A stretch of 64,000 nt of DNA, from positions 1,888,001-1,952,000 of the forward strand of contig OZ240241.1 in assembly GCA_965198115.1 (NCBI GenBank), read 5' to 3'. Positions 18,490 through 29,197 of this stretch are shown here, piece after piece. This DNA comes from Candidatus Latescibacterota bacterium (GTDB taxonomy: Bacteria > Latescibacterota > UBA2968). The position numbers were made by a program, and so were the translations under genes. The notes beneath the pieces were generated by a model. It was given only the letters and a program-made list of their open reading frames with translations, ran no database searches and had not been told where the DNA came from. Each line of letters begins with the position of its first letter. The first letter of the stretch is position 1.

Positions 18490-19329
18490 ATGACGTTCAA
18501 AAGAATCACCGCTACGTTGCTCTGCGCCGTCGTCGCGTGTTTCGTGTTATCGGGTGTCGCTGACGCTCAGCAGGGCATGACCTACGAAGAATACAAGATC
18601 AAAACGGCCGAATACGAGAAGCGAACGGCCGATGCCCGCAGGGCGCTCATTGAGTGTAAGAAGATGGGTGAGACCGTCGATTCGGAAATCTCGGTCCTCG
18701 ACACCGACGTGGCTGCCGTCAACGAAGAGATCTACGAGGTTCTCGGCACAGATCAGACCAGTATCGACGCCTACATGTCCGAGCTCGATCGAATCGAAGC
18801 CCGTCTCATGGGGCTGTTGAACCTCTCCGACGAGGCTCTGTTCGACAAACGCGACGAAGTCAACTCGATGGAGGATCGAGTCGAGGAAATGAAGAAAGAT
18901 ATCCTCGCCAACCTCCCCGATGCGCAGATGAAATTCAAGAACATCGATCAACTGCTCGAGCGCATCAACGCGAGGATGCCACGGAAGCGCGTCAAGCCCT
19001 ACACGGTGGCGCGGGGCGACAACCTGTGGAACATCGCCAAGAAGCCGTCTATCTATAGCGACGCATACCTGTGGCCGCGCATCTACATCGAAAACCGCGG
19101 CAAGATCAAGAACCCCGATCTCATTTATCCAAATTGGGTTCTGAACGTGCCGTTCGGTGTTGATCTCAATCAGCATCTGGTCACTCGCGGACAACATCTT
19201 TCGACCATTGCCGGAGCAGTTTACAAAGATCCCACCAAGTGGCATCGCATCTTCAGGGCAAATCAGACCCAAATTCTCGATGCGAACCTGATCTTCCCGG
19301 CCCAGGTACTCGACATTCCCGCGAACTGA
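18490..19329 (+). CDS. Secreted coiled-coil protein with two LysM domains
   Basis: Signal peptide (ADA-Q); YTVARGDNLWNIA..PDLIYP and HLVTRGQHLSTIA..NLIFPAQVLDIP. Confidence 0.9.
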   Translation: MTFKRITATLLCAVVACFVLSGVADAQQGMTYEEYKIKTAEYEKRTADARRALIECKKMGETVDSEISVLDTDVAAVNEEIYEVLGTDQTSIDAYMSELDRIEARLMGLLNLSDEALFDKRDEVNSMEDRVEEMKKDILANLPDAQMKFKNIDQLLERINARMPRKRVKPYTVARGDNLWNIAKKPSIYSDAYLWPRIYIENRGKIKNPDLIYPNWVLNVPFGVDLNQHLVTRGQHLSTIAGAVYKDPTKWHRIFRANQTQILDANLIFPAQVLDIPAN

Positions 19330-19395
19330 CTTTCGGCCCACTCGCAAGGCTGAGACGTTCCGGCGCGAATGAAATCGACGATATAGCTCTTCAAC

Positions 19396-19445
19396 GAAGG
19401 CTCCTGCTCCCGCCACCCGTGCGGACAGGAGCCTTCTGCTTTTTC
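19396..19445 (+). terminator. Hairpin plus T-tract after the LysM gene
   Basis: gaaggctcctg...caggagccttc followed by tgcttttt. Confidence 0.6.
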
Positions 19446-19494
19446 GGGACCTCAAGCACGACGCCCTCATCTCCACGGAGGCACCAGACCCTCG

Positions 19495-20565
19495 TTGAAA
19501 GACCAACCCAGCTTATCTCACCGCATTTCCATACAGGGGGCTGACCCCCTCTCGCTCTACGGTCACAACGACGCGAATCTGATCGCGCTCGAATCTCGCT
19601 ACGGGGTCAGAATCACGGCCAGGGGCGACACGATTCGCGTCGATGGGCCCCCGAGAGCCGTAAAGGCAGTATCCGCACTGATCGAAGAGATGATCTCATG
19701 TCTGCGTCGTGGCGACGACCTTGACGCGGACAACGTCCTGAACGGCTACACCGCCGACCACGATGCGAACGACGACGACGGCCGTACTGCACTCGTCACC
19801 AAAAAAGGTCTCGTCAAACCCCGGTCGCCTCGCCAGGCTGACTACATCTCAGCCATCGCCGATTATGACATCGTTTTCGGCATCGGTCCCGCCGGAACAG
19901 GCAAGACCTACCTGGCCGTTGCGTCTGCCGTGGCCGCGCTCAAACGCAAGGAAGTGAACCGTATCATCCTCACACGTCCGGCCGTCGAAGCGGGTGAAAA
20001 CCTTGGTTTCCTCCCTGGTGATATCCAGGACAAGGTCGACCCGTATCTACGTCCGCTATACGATGCCTTGAGGGATATGGTGCCGGCCGATCAGCTGGCG
20101 CGGCTGATGCAGGTCGGAACGTTCGAGATCGCTCCGCTCGCCTTCATGCGCGGCAGAACACTTAACAACGCCTTGGTGATCCTCGACGAGGCCCAAAACA
20201 CCAGCATCGCGCAGATGAAAATGTTCCTCACGCGACTGGGCGCCAACTCCCGGGCGGTCATTACGGGGGACGTGACCCAGGTGGATCTGCCCGCCGTCGT
20301 CGAGTCGGGTCTGATTCACGTGCACCGGATTCTCCAACACATCGAAGCCATCAAGTTCATCTCCTTCACAGAGCAGGATGTCGTGCGTCATCCGCTCGTG
20401 CAGGAGATTATCAACGCTTACGATGCGCGCGAAACTACACACCAGCAGGAACTGCCTCTGGCGTCGGCTGACGAAGAGGACAACGACAATCAGGGGATGT
20501 CCGAGCCTCCCGACGCGAACGCAGCGCCCCCCACGCTCGTGACCGAGGTCGAAGCCGACTCATGA
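19495..20565 (+). CDS. phoH: PhoH-like ATPase (YbeZ)
   Basis: GPAGTGKTYLA, RPAVEAGE.LGFLPG, MRGRT, LDEAQN, VRHPLV. Confidence 0.95.
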   Translation: MKDQPSLSHRISIQGADPLSLYGHNDANLIALESRYGVRITARGDTIRVDGPPRAVKAVSALIEEMISCLRRGDDLDADNVLNGYTADHDANDDDGRTALVTKKGLVKPRSPRQADYISAIADYDIVFGIGPAGTGKTYLAVASAVAALKRKEVNRIILTRPAVEAGENLGFLPGDIQDKVDPYLRPLYDALRDMVPADQLARLMQVGTFEIAPLAFMRGRTLNNALVILDEAQNTSIAQMKMFLTRLGANSRAVITGDVTQVDLPAVVESGLIHVHRILQHIEAIKFISFTEQDVVRHPLVQEIINAYDARETTHQQELPLASADEEDNDNQGMSEPPDANAAPPTLVTEVEADS

Positions 20566-22871
20566 TGCTCCCCGCCAAAAGAAGCGCCCCGGGTCGCGAA
20601 CGGGCGGGGCTGGCGACACGGAGCCGACCAACCATTACGGGCGACCTGCTCGGGAGAGCGGCCATTCTGATCGCTCTAACCGCGATCCTGACGATGCTCT
20701 ACCCTGCGCGACAGACCTACGAGCTCTCCTGGTTCCTAGACAGCACCGTCGCCCTGGAAGAGGTCATCGCACCCGAGAGCTTCTACGTCTACAAAGACGA
20801 GGTGGACTACGACGCCGAGTTGAGCGAAGCCAGAGCAGGCGTTCCACCCGTCTTCCTACTCAATGCCAGAGTGCCTGTCGAACGACGGGCGGCGGCCGCG
20901 GCGCTGCTGGACGACATCGCGCTGATTCGCGCATCCGCCCTTTCAGATTCCGTCAAGACCGCACGCCTCAAAGCCAACCATCCCGAGGTCGGCCCGATCT
21001 CGGAACCCACGCTCGCCTTCATGTTGGCCGAGTCCCGCGTGCCCCAGGAGCGTCTGGAACAACTCAAACAGCTCACAGGCGAATTGCTCGCGTTCAGCTA
21101 TGGATCGGGTTTGGTCGAGAACCGCGCCACGATCGCATCGGACGCTGTGGACAGCCTGACGATCCTGAAGGCCACCGGTGAGCAACGGGTCGCCGTCGAA
21201 GACGTCCGTGACCTCGATCAGCTCTCCCTCGAGCTCCAGACGCGCATTACCGAATCTCTCCCGAACGCATCCGCGAATCAGATCCAGGCCGCCCACGAGT
21301 TGGTTGCCGCGTTTCTCGTTCCGAATCTCACCTTTTCCGAACCCGACACCAGAGCGCGTCGCAGGTCAGCAGAGTCACAGGTTCCCCGAGTCAAAGGGAC
21401 GGTGCTCAAGGGGGAGCGCATCATCGACGAGCACGAGCGCGTCACTCCCGACCACGTGGAGAAGCTCAGGTCCCTCGTCCAGCACCTGAACCAGCGGCAA
21501 CAACAAGATCCCTACCTGCCCACCTTACAAACCGTGGGCCGGTTCGTCATCAGCGGCATTATGGTGACCATGCTGTTCGCGTTCCTGGCGCTGTTCCGAG
21601 AACCCGTCTACCGACGGACGTCGAACCTTGTCCTGTTCGGCATTCTCATGTTAATGCCGGCTCTCGTCGCACACTACGCGGCTCAGCACACGGTCATCAC
21701 GCCTTTTCTCGTTCCCATTGCCTTGTCTACGATGCTGGCGACCGTTCTGTTCGATGCCGAAGTCGGTTTCGTCGTCGCTGTCGCCACCAGCATCCTGTGC
21801 TCGAGCATTCTGGGCAGCCTTCAGCACAGCGTCGTATTCATGGTGACCGGGATCGTCGGCGCCTTCTCAGTTCGCCAGGTGCTCAACCGCAGCGACTTCT
21901 ACAGGTCCATCGCGTTCCTTTCGGGCGCTTACTTTCTGACCATAGCGGCAACGGGCGTTCTGTTCTTCAACTACGCCACAATCGGCGAATTCGTCGATCG
22001 TGCACGGTGGGACGTCATATTCGGAATCTTTACTTCGTGCGGTGCGACTATCCTGGCAATCGGCCTGCTGCCGATCTTCGAGAGCACGTTCAACGTCGTC
22101 ACCAGCATCACCCTCCTCGAACTGTCGGACCTCAACCGCCCCCTTCTTCGGAACCTGGCCATTCGAGCGCCCGGCACCTACAGCCACAGCATCATCATGT
22201 CGAGCCTGTCCGAAGCCGCTGCGCAAGCGATCGGGGCCGATCCCTTGCTGTCCCGCGTCGGATGCTACTACCACGATATCGGAAAGATGATCCGCCCCCA
22301 CTACTTCATCGAGAATCAAAAGGGGATCAACCCGCACGATGAACTTCAACCGCGACTCTCCGCCCTAATCATCGTTTCACACGTGAAGGAAGGCATCGAG
22401 CTGGCGCGGGAAGAGGGATTGCCTCGCGCCATCATCGACTTGATTCCCCAGCATCACGGAACGAATGAAATTGCGAGCTTCAAGCATCGCGCAATCGAGC
22501 GTGGCGACAAACAGGCGGTTCGGGACGAAGACTTCCGGTATCCGGGCCCGAAACCTCAAACCAAAGTGGCGGGGATCATTAACCTCGCAGATGCGATTGA
22601 ATCAGCGACCCGCACGATCCCTGGCGGCGCCCCTGATCAGATCAAGGGGATGGTACAGACCATCATTCGGGGCCGCTTCACCTCGGGAGAGCTCGACGAG
22701 TGTGATCTGACGCTTCGTGACCTAACCCACATTCAGGAGGCGTTTCTGCCGATTTTGGAGGCGACCCGACACGCGCGCGTGCCCTATCCGTGGCAACAGC
22801 AGCGCCAACAGACACGGGAGCGCCGCCGTGGTGAACGACAGCAGCGGCGAGAGCGTCGAGAATCCACGTGA
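20562..22871 (+). CDS. 7TM-HD (HDIG) phosphohydrolase, PgpH-like c-di-AMP phosphodiesterase
   Basis: Extracellular 7TMR-HDED region, 7 TM helices, APGTYSHS, YYHDIGK, HHGT, FRYPGPKP, LAD. Confidence 0.9.
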   Translation: MMLPAKRSAPGRERAGLATRSRPTITGDLLGRAAILIALTAILTMLYPARQTYELSWFLDSTVALEEVIAPESFYVYKDEVDYDAELSEARAGVPPVFLLNARVPVERRAAAAALLDDIALIRASALSDSVKTARLKANHPEVGPISEPTLAFMLAESRVPQERLEQLKQLTGELLAFSYGSGLVENRATIASDAVDSLTILKATGEQRVAVEDVRDLDQLSLELQTRITESLPNASANQIQAAHELVAAFLVPNLTFSEPDTRARRRSAESQVPRVKGTVLKGERIIDEHERVTPDHVEKLRSLVQHLNQRQQQDPYLPTLQTVGRFVISGIMVTMLFAFLALFREPVYRRTSNLVLFGILMLMPALVAHYAAQHTVITPFLVPIALSTMLATVLFDAEVGFVVAVATSILCSSILGSLQHSVVFMVTGIVGAFSVRQVLNRSDFYRSIAFLSGAYFLTIAATGVLFFNYATIGEFVDRARWDVIFGIFTSCGATILAIGLLPIFESTFNVVTSITLLELSDLNRPLLRNLAIRAPGTYSHSIIMSSLSEAAAQAIGADPLLSRVGCYYHDIGKMIRPHYFIENQKGINPHDELQPRLSALIIVSHVKEGIELAREEGLPRAIIDLIPQHHGTNEIASFKHRAIERGDKQAVRDEDFRYPGPKPQTKVAGIINLADAIESATRTIPGGAPDQIKGMVQTIIRGRFTSGELDECDLTLRDLTHIQEAFLPILEATRHARVPYPWQQQRQQTRERRRGERQQRRERREST

Positions 22872-23353
22872 GCGACGAGACGGCCCTCACGAGTTCGTCG
22901 ATCACAGTCGAGCTGTGTCGACCCGACGGCGTCTCACTTTCGATTGACGAGCGCGTCCTCATCAACACGCTCATACGCGTCATTGACGAATCCGATCGCG
23001 ACGACGTCCACCTACAGGTCGTCCTGACCGACAATGCGATGTTGCAGGACCTGAATCGCACATACCGAGGCATCAATCGCACTACGGATGTACTGTCCTT
23101 CGAGATGGGCGACGATGTTCATCTCGAGGACGTGCCCCAGGGTGAGGTCTACATCTCGATCGAAAGAGCGCGCGAGCAGGCGGCCGAAGCGTCCCGAACG
23201 ATCGACGAAGAGATCGCTCACCTTGCCGTGCACGGTACGCTGCACGTGCTCGGAAGCGAGCACGACACAGACGTGGGACACGCGCGAATGACCGAGCTGG
23301 AGCAGACTCATCTCGCGCACTGGCGCGCCGCTGCAACGACCGGCACCAGCTGA
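22868..23353 (+). CDS. ybeY: rRNA maturation endoribonuclease YbeY
   Basis: LNRTYRG..TDVLSF, GEVYIS, HGTLHVLGSEH. Confidence 0.93.
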   Translation: MSDETALTSSSITVELCRPDGVSLSIDERVLINTLIRVIDESDRDDVHLQVVLTDNAMLQDLNRTYRGINRTTDVLSFEMGDDVHLEDVPQGEVYISIERAREQAAEASRTIDEEIAHLAVHGTLHVLGSEHDTDVGHARMTELEQTHLAHWRAAATTGTS

Positions 23354-23389
23354 GCCCTTTTCCCGCGACCCGGGACGAATGAGAGGAGC

Positions 23390-24703
23390 GTGAGTCTCCG
23401 CTTGGACGACCCCCCGTCGAGTACCTACCTCACATTCATTCTCGCCATCCTCATTTACGTACTCCTGGCACGTCTGGCCAGCATCAACAACGCGCTCGGC
23501 CGATCCACGGTCGAACGCCTGGTCGAAATCGGAATCAAGCGTGCGGGTGTCCTGCTGTCGATGTTCAGCCCCCGCTACGTCCTGGGACACGTTATCACCC
23601 TTGGCCAGATCACTGCGCTCGCCCTCGGGTGTATTCTCTTCCTACAGATCACTCAGGGCCTCAGATCCAGCTTCGACGCCGGATGGGCCTACCTGGATGA
23701 CATCATCGTCTCGAGCGCCTATGTCTTCTTCGCCCTACTCGTGACGAGCATCATTCCCCCCTACCGCCGTGAGGAGGGTTCCGAGGCCCCCCTTCCGCGG
23801 GTCATCGTCGCGTGCTACCCGCTCTACCTGCTATTCGTCGTGCCCGCCATCTTCATCCAGCGCGCGCAGACCATCTTCGTCAGCGAGGACGATCTCAGCG
23901 CTATCAAGGAAGAGGAACTCCGGAACATCGTGGAGTCCGAGACGGAAGAGGGCACGATCGAAGCGGAAGAACGCGAGATGATCGAAGGAATCTTCGACTT
24001 TGGCGATACGACCGTGCGGGAAGTCATGGTACCCCGCATCGATATGGTGTGCGCCGACATCGAGAGCCCACCCGACGAGATTCTGGATCTCCTGCGGAAA
24101 ACCCGCCACTCACGTATTCCCGTCTACGAGGAACGAGTCGACCACATCCAGGGACTCGTCTACGTCAAGGACCTGCTCCACGCCATTAGCGCGGGTGAAG
24201 CGTGGGAGACACGCAAGATCATGCGTCCACCCCACTTCGTGCCCGAAAACAAGACGATCGACGACCTCCTCGCCGAGTTCAAGAGCACACGTATACACAT
24301 GGCCATCGTGCTCGACGAATACGGGGGAACGGCCGGCCTGGTGACCCTCGAAGACCTGATCGAGGAAATCTTCGGCGAGATTCAGGACGAATACGACGAA
24401 GAGGCGCCGCTGTTCGAATGGGTAGACGACCAGCATCTCGTCGCCGACGCCCGGATCGCCATCGACGACCTCGGTCTCGTACTCGGTGTTGAACTCCCAC
24501 AGGAGGGTTACGAAACGCTGGGCGGTTTCATCTACGATCAACTGGGCCACGTGCCTAACGCGGGAGAATCGCTCGAATACGGGACGCTGGTTATGCAGAT
24601 CGACGACGTGGAAGGACAACGAATCACGACCGTTCGCATCGAAAAGCGCGAAGTCGAAGAAGCGGAAGCGACCAACGGCGATCCGGCCGAGGGAAAGGCG
24701 TAG
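23390..24703 (+). CDS. Hemolysin/CorC (CNNM-CBS-CorC_HlyC) family protein
   Basis: N-terminal TMs, VREVMVPR, HSRIPVY, DEYGGTAGLVTLEDLIEEIFGEIQDEYD, YETLGG. Confidence 0.92.
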   Translation: MSLRLDDPPSSTYLTFILAILIYVLLARLASINNALGRSTVERLVEIGIKRAGVLLSMFSPRYVLGHVITLGQITALALGCILFLQITQGLRSSFDAGWAYLDDIIVSSAYVFFALLVTSIIPPYRREEGSEAPLPRVIVACYPLYLLFVVPAIFIQRAQTIFVSEDDLSAIKEEELRNIVESETEEGTIEAEEREMIEGIFDFGDTTVREVMVPRIDMVCADIESPPDEILDLLRKTRHSRIPVYEERVDHIQGLVYVKDLLHAISAGEAWETRKIMRPPHFVPENKTIDDLLAEFKSTRIHMAIVLDEYGGTAGLVTLEDLIEEIFGEIQDEYDEEAPLFEWVDDQHLVADARIAIDDLGLVLGVELPQEGYETLGGFIYDQLGHVPNAGESLEYGTLVMQIDDVEGQRITTVRIEKREVEEAEATNGDPAEGKA

Positions 24704-24785
24704 CTGCAGGCAATAACGTGGCTTTTCCACATTAGTCTTGACACATCCCGGCGTTTTTGGCACTTTTTTCACGTTGTTACAGGGT

Positions 24786-24862
<77 letters not shown>

Positions 24863-24870
24863 AACACACG

Positions 24871-24906
24871 AAGGGCCGACGAGAAATCGTCGGCCTTTTC
24901 TTTTTC
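24871..24906 (+). terminator. Intrinsic terminator after the tRNA
   Basis: aagggccgacga-gaaa-tcgtcggcctttt-cttttt. Confidence 0.9.
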
Positions 24907-25076
24907 ATCGACGCTTCAGCTGTTGACAGGGCGCCCCACAGCTTGCATAATGCAACACTGCCCCGCCGGAGGAATCCGAGCGGGGCTGTTCCTTTTAGGG
25001 GCTCCATCGTGCTCACCGCTGGAACTTTCTTTGGAGCCTTGACTGACTGTCCGGTCCATTCTCGAGGAGGCCACAA

Positions 25077-26486
25077 TTGGAACGATCCGCGCTGATACGG
25101 TTGGGGATTTGTGCGATGATCGGGGCACTCGGTTGGGTGGTTCCCGCGCCCGACGGGATCTCCACGAACGGGTGGCACCTGGTTGGGATTTTCATCGCCA
25201 CGATTGCCAGTTTCATCATCAAACCGTTAGCCATGGGGCCCATGGTCCTTCTGGGACTGCTTGCGCTTTCGACCACAGACACCATCGAATTCAAGGTCTT
25301 GCTGCACGGATTCGGGGATAAAACCGTGTGGCTGGTGGTCGCTGCTTTCCTGATCGCAGGCACGGTTGAGCGAACCGGGTTCGGCAGGCGCATCGCGTTG
25401 TTGTTGGTCAAGCGCCTCGGCCGATCCATGGTGGGGCTTGGCTATGCACAGTGTGGTGCGGAACTCATCCTTGGTCCTGTGGTGCCATCCAACACGGCGC
25501 GTGGCGGCGGGATTCTCGCGCCGATCGCCCAATCCCTCGCGAGATCGCTGCAATCGGAACCAGATATACAGACCCGCGAAAAAGCCGGAGCCTACCTGTC
25601 CCTGGTGGGTGCCCACGCCAATCTGATCACAGCGGCAATGTTCATGACCGGTATGGCGGCGAACCCCTTGGTAGCCAAGGCGGCTGGAGATGTATTCGGT
25701 ATCGAATTCAGCTGGGGTACGTGGGCGCTCGGTGGTCTGGTGCCCGGGCTGGTCGGTCTGGGCCTGCTGCCTTGGTGGATGCGTTTTCTGTCTGCGCCGG
25801 AGTTGACGAGCACCGCGGAGGCTCAAGAACGATCCGCACAAGAGCTCAGCGGGATGGGCAGTTTCTCGCGAAAGGAGAAGATTACGGGAGGCGTTTTCGT
25901 GCTCCTGCTGGTTCTGTGGTCGACGTCGCCCCTGCACGGAATGGTTGCGTCACTCGTTGCCTGGATCGGCGTGCTGGTACTCCAGTTGACCGGAGTCGAC
26001 ACCTGGGAGGACGTCAAGAATAATGCCAAGGCCTGGGACTGTTTCGTATGGCTTGGCGGTCTGCTTGCGATGGCGAACGCCCTTAAAGATATGGGCGTCA
26101 TCGACTGGTTTGCCACGTCCGTTCAGACCCAGATCTCCGGGCTTTCCGGGATCGTCGTCGTCGTGGCGTTGGGCCTCGTTTATTTCTATTCGATGTACGG
26201 CTTCTCCATGCTGACGGCCCATATCTCCGCGATGGTGGCAGCGTTCTTTGCGGTCGCCCTGGCCGTAGACGCCCCACCGTTTTTGACCGTGGCTGTGCTC
26301 GCCTACTTCTCGAACCTGTGCGCCTGTACGACGAACTACTCAACAGGGCCGGTCATCATCTATTTCGGCCTCGGTTACGTAGAGCCCGGCAAATGGTTTC
26401 GGATCGGCTTCCTCACATCACTGTTCCATCTCGTGATCTGGTTCGGTGTGGGTATGGCGTGGTGGAAGCTACTTGGATGGTGGTAG
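25077..26486 (+). CDS. DASS family anion/dicarboxylate transporter (CitT/SODiT1-like)
   Basis: VWLVVAAF, TGFGRRIA, PSNTARGGG, MFMTGMAANP, WWKLLG. Confidence 0.93.
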   Translation: MERSALIRLGICAMIGALGWVVPAPDGISTNGWHLVGIFIATIASFIIKPLAMGPMVLLGLLALSTTDTIEFKVLLHGFGDKTVWLVVAAFLIAGTVERTGFGRRIALLLVKRLGRSMVGLGYAQCGAELILGPVVPSNTARGGGILAPIAQSLARSLQSEPDIQTREKAGAYLSLVGAHANLITAAMFMTGMAANPLVAKAAGDVFGIEFSWGTWALGGLVPGLVGLGLLPWWMRFLSAPELTSTAEAQERSAQELSGMGSFSRKEKITGGVFVLLLVLWSTSPLHGMVASLVAWIGVLVLQLTGVDTWEDVKNNAKAWDCFVWLGGLLAMANALKDMGVIDWFATSVQTQISGLSGIVVVVALGLVYFYSMYGFSMLTAHISAMVAAFFAVALAVDAPPFLTVAVLAYFSNLCACTTNYSTGPVIIYFGLGYVEPGKWFRIGFLTSLFHLVIWFGVGMAWWKLLGWW

Positions 26487-26500
26487 GCCGGCCCGCCTTT

Positions 26501-27043
26501 TCAAATCTCCGCGCCAAACTTCATGTCGAACGCCGGTCGTCCGTCATCGTAGGCCAGTCTCAGGAACTTCGTCATATCCGGGAACCGATCCTTGATAAAC
26601 TTGAATGTCTTATTCAGAAGGTCCACGCGGTTTTTCGGCTCGAGCTCGTCCCACGGTTCCGATTTCACTGTGATTTCGATCGTGTGGACGCCTTCGGCGT
26701 GCTCGAGTTCATTCGGGCTCAACGCGTGCCCATCCTCGTGCAGAAACCGAACGCTCAAATAGATACCCGGCGCGAGTGCGAGCAGTCCCTCCTCGAGGGT
26801 CAGGAAGACATCTTCCTTTTCGGGCGTTTTCTCGATCGCCCTTTCCTGCTGGACGATCTCGCGTTCGACCTCCTCGGTCTTCTCCTGCCGCTCCTTCGCC
26901 TTCCGGTAGCTTCGCTTCATCACCGGATCTTCGCAGGTCTGGATAAATAGTAGGATCAGAAGCGCCGGAATCATGGAGCCCACGAGACCCAAGATGGCCA
27001 TCAGTGCGAGCGATCCACCTTGCTTTTGAGGTTGTTCTGCCAA
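26501..27043 (-). CDS. Hypothetical single-pass membrane protein
   Basis: N-terminal TM helix, charged coiled coil, GAGAGG RBS. Confidence 0.65.
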   Translation of the reverse strand: MAEQPQKQGGSLALMAILGLVGSMIPALLILLFIQTCEDPVMKRSYRKAKERQEKTEEVEREIVQQERAIEKTPEKEDVFLTLEEGLLALAPGIYLSVRFLHEDGHALSPNELEHAEGVHTIEITVKSEPWDELEPKNRVDLLNKTFKFIKDRFPDMTKFLRLAYDDGRPAFDMKFGAEI

Positions 27044-27085
27044 GTCCTCTCTCCGACGCTACGAAGTTCAAATTTCTCGATGTTG

Positions 27086-29143
27086 CTACGGTAGATCCCC
27101 GAACGCGATTGCCTTCGGGACGATAGCGTCGTACGGCCAGTTGACACACCAGCTATCTAGCAGCGATGCATACGAGATCTCCTGACCGGTCTCACCGACC
27201 AGCGTCACATCATCCTCGAGCAATGCGACCAAACGAGCCAGAACGAGGGCGCCCGGTTCGTTCAGGGGTCGATCCAGCTCGATTGCATCTTCGACATCCC
27301 TGGATTGACTCGTCAGGGCTTCCACGTTGATGACATCGGCTGGCACGTCGTCCCTCGCCCTCAGGTAGGCGATGACCGATCGCAGGTCCCTCACCTGGAG
27401 CCCGACGATCGTCTCCCCCAGCAACAGCGCCGTCGCCGCTCTTCTGCTACCGTTGCTCTGCGGAACCCGTGCGTGATCCGTCGTGGCTTCCCCCACGCCA
27501 CGTACATCCACCAGACACACCGGCCCACTTTCGAGACTGCCTCTGATCTGCTCCGATTGGGTCTCCAGGGCGGCCGCCTTCCCCCCTGCCAGGATTAGCT
27601 TGAGTGGCCCATTTCCGGATCCTCGGAGAAGCAGCACCGGGACCACGACCTCCTCGTCTACAGCAAGACCGAATCGCTCAACGGTCTGCCCACCGACCTC
27701 CTCTTCCGCCGGATGGATAACCTCCGGGGACAGGGCAGGCTCGCAGTTTCCCAACAACTCGACCCAGGCCTGACGCAAAGCCACATCCGCTTCTGCTGAA
27801 GACCGCCACGCGAGGGAACGCCTGAACTGACCACCACGTGTCTGACCGATGAGCTTGAAAACGGATCGATACCCCTCTTCCAGCTCATCCGAATCACCGC
27901 CAGAATCGGTCTTCGGACCATCTCCCTCCCCGAAACAGAACAGCTCCGATTCTTCCCGACGTGCTTCTTGATCTTTCGTTATCTCGACTCCCAACCAGCG
28001 GTTCAGCGCTGCGTGGATGCGCTTTCGATGAGGCGGGCCCACGTTATTGCAGTGGGAGGCCTCCGGCGGGCGTCCCTTCAGAAGCCCGAACCCGATCGCG
28101 TGATCCAGTCGGTCCTCTGCCCCATACCAGCGATAAATTGTCTGCAATCGCTGCCACACGGGATCCCGCTCCTGGTCCCAGCTGAACTCGTGCGCGTAAA
28201 TCAGGTGCCGGGGTGCAATAGATCCCACGATCACCCACGGCAGGAATCCATCCCTCCCCGACCACGCAAGGTTCCGGGTCGTCTCCCAGCCACCCGTGCC
28301 CAAATAGTTGAACGACATCTCCGCATCGTCTGGCAACGGATAGACCGTCTCGGGCTGGGGTCCCCCGAAATTGAAGGGAATGGCCACGCTCACGCGATCG
28401 TCCAACGCCGCCGCGACAGCACACGGGTCGCCCCCACCCGCGACCGACCCCATCATCACCACCGGGCCGACCTGGTATTGCTGTTCCAACACGTCGATCC
28501 CACGCCGGATATCCCACACCATCCACCCCATCAAGCTGTCTCCGATCAACTGCAATTGGATCCCCGTGTTGTAGCGGTTCCAGTAGTCGTGGCGTGGACC
28601 GGGCGGGTGCTGCCTTCGCTCCCCGTAGGCGAACTGATCGATCACGAGAACCACACAACCGACCTTCGCCCACATCGCACCCATATCCTGCAGTTCGGGT
28701 TGGGTTCTCGGATTGTGATGGCTATGTACGAGGACGAGGCCCGTCACCTCGTTCTGTGCCAGACCGAGTTCGCGCATCATCTCGTGCTGTGACTGTCCGC
28801 CTTCATCTTCAACTCTGGGTGGCCGATACACATTGGCTGTCAGCAGGATGTGATCACGCGATGCGTAAACCACCTTATCGATCTCGTAGCCGTCGGCCTC
28901 GATCGTGCCCGTCACTTCGCAATCGATCGTGTCCGGTACGCGGGGAAACCTTCCGAGCGACCGTTCGAGCGCCTTGATACGGGGCTTCTTGAACGCTTCC
29001 CATTCGTCCCGTGAAGACAAGGCGTTCCAAGCTTCGATATCCTGCGCGTTTACCTCCGAAACACGGCGCTCGAGATACCGATCGAAGCCTGAGGATACTC
29101 TTTCTCGGTCGGATTCGGGGAAGACGTATGGGTTGATGTTCAT
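27086..29143 (-). CDS. Alpha/beta hydrolase, acetylxylan esterase-like, two-domain
   Basis: KVVYAS..TANVYRP, HSH, GER, WDIRRGID, GSVAGGG; second degenerate domain DVRGVGE. Confidence 0.7.
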   Translation of the reverse strand: MNINPYVFPESDRERVSSGFDRYLERRVSEVNAQDIEAWNALSSRDEWEAFKKPRIKALERSLGRFPRVPDTIDCEVTGTIEADGYEIDKVVYASRDHILLTANVYRPPRVEDEGGQSQHEMMRELGLAQNEVTGLVLVHSHHNPRTQPELQDMGAMWAKVGCVVLVIDQFAYGERRQHPPGPRHDYWNRYNTGIQLQLIGDSLMGWMVWDIRRGIDVLEQQYQVGPVVMMGSVAGGGDPCAVAAALDDRVSVAIPFNFGGPQPETVYPLPDDAEMSFNYLGTGGWETTRNLAWSGRDGFLPWVIVGSIAPRHLIYAHEFSWDQERDPVWQRLQTIYRWYGAEDRLDHAIGFGLLKGRPPEASHCNNVGPPHRKRIHAALNRWLGVEITKDQEARREESELFCFGEGDGPKTDSGGDSDELEEGYRSVFKLIGQTRGGQFRRSLAWRSSAEADVALRQAWVELLGNCEPALSPEVIHPAEEEVGGQTVERFGLAVDEEVVVPVLLLRGSGNGPLKLILAGGKAAALETQSEQIRGSLESGPVCLVDVRGVGEATTDHARVPQSNGSRRAATALLLGETIVGLQVRDLRSVIAYLRARDDVPADVINVEALTSQSRDVEDAIELDRPLNEPGALVLARLVALLEDDVTLVGETGQEISYASLLDSWCVNWPYDAIVPKAIAFGDLP

Positions 29144-29197
29144 TGGACCTCGTGTCAGAGGGCGATTCGCCCTTACGGTAACCGTAACGTGATGGAC

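Noticed and set aside
19495-24703. phoH-HDIG-ybeY-corC cluster as a novel system
   Set aside because: Widely conserved, already described gene neighbourhood.
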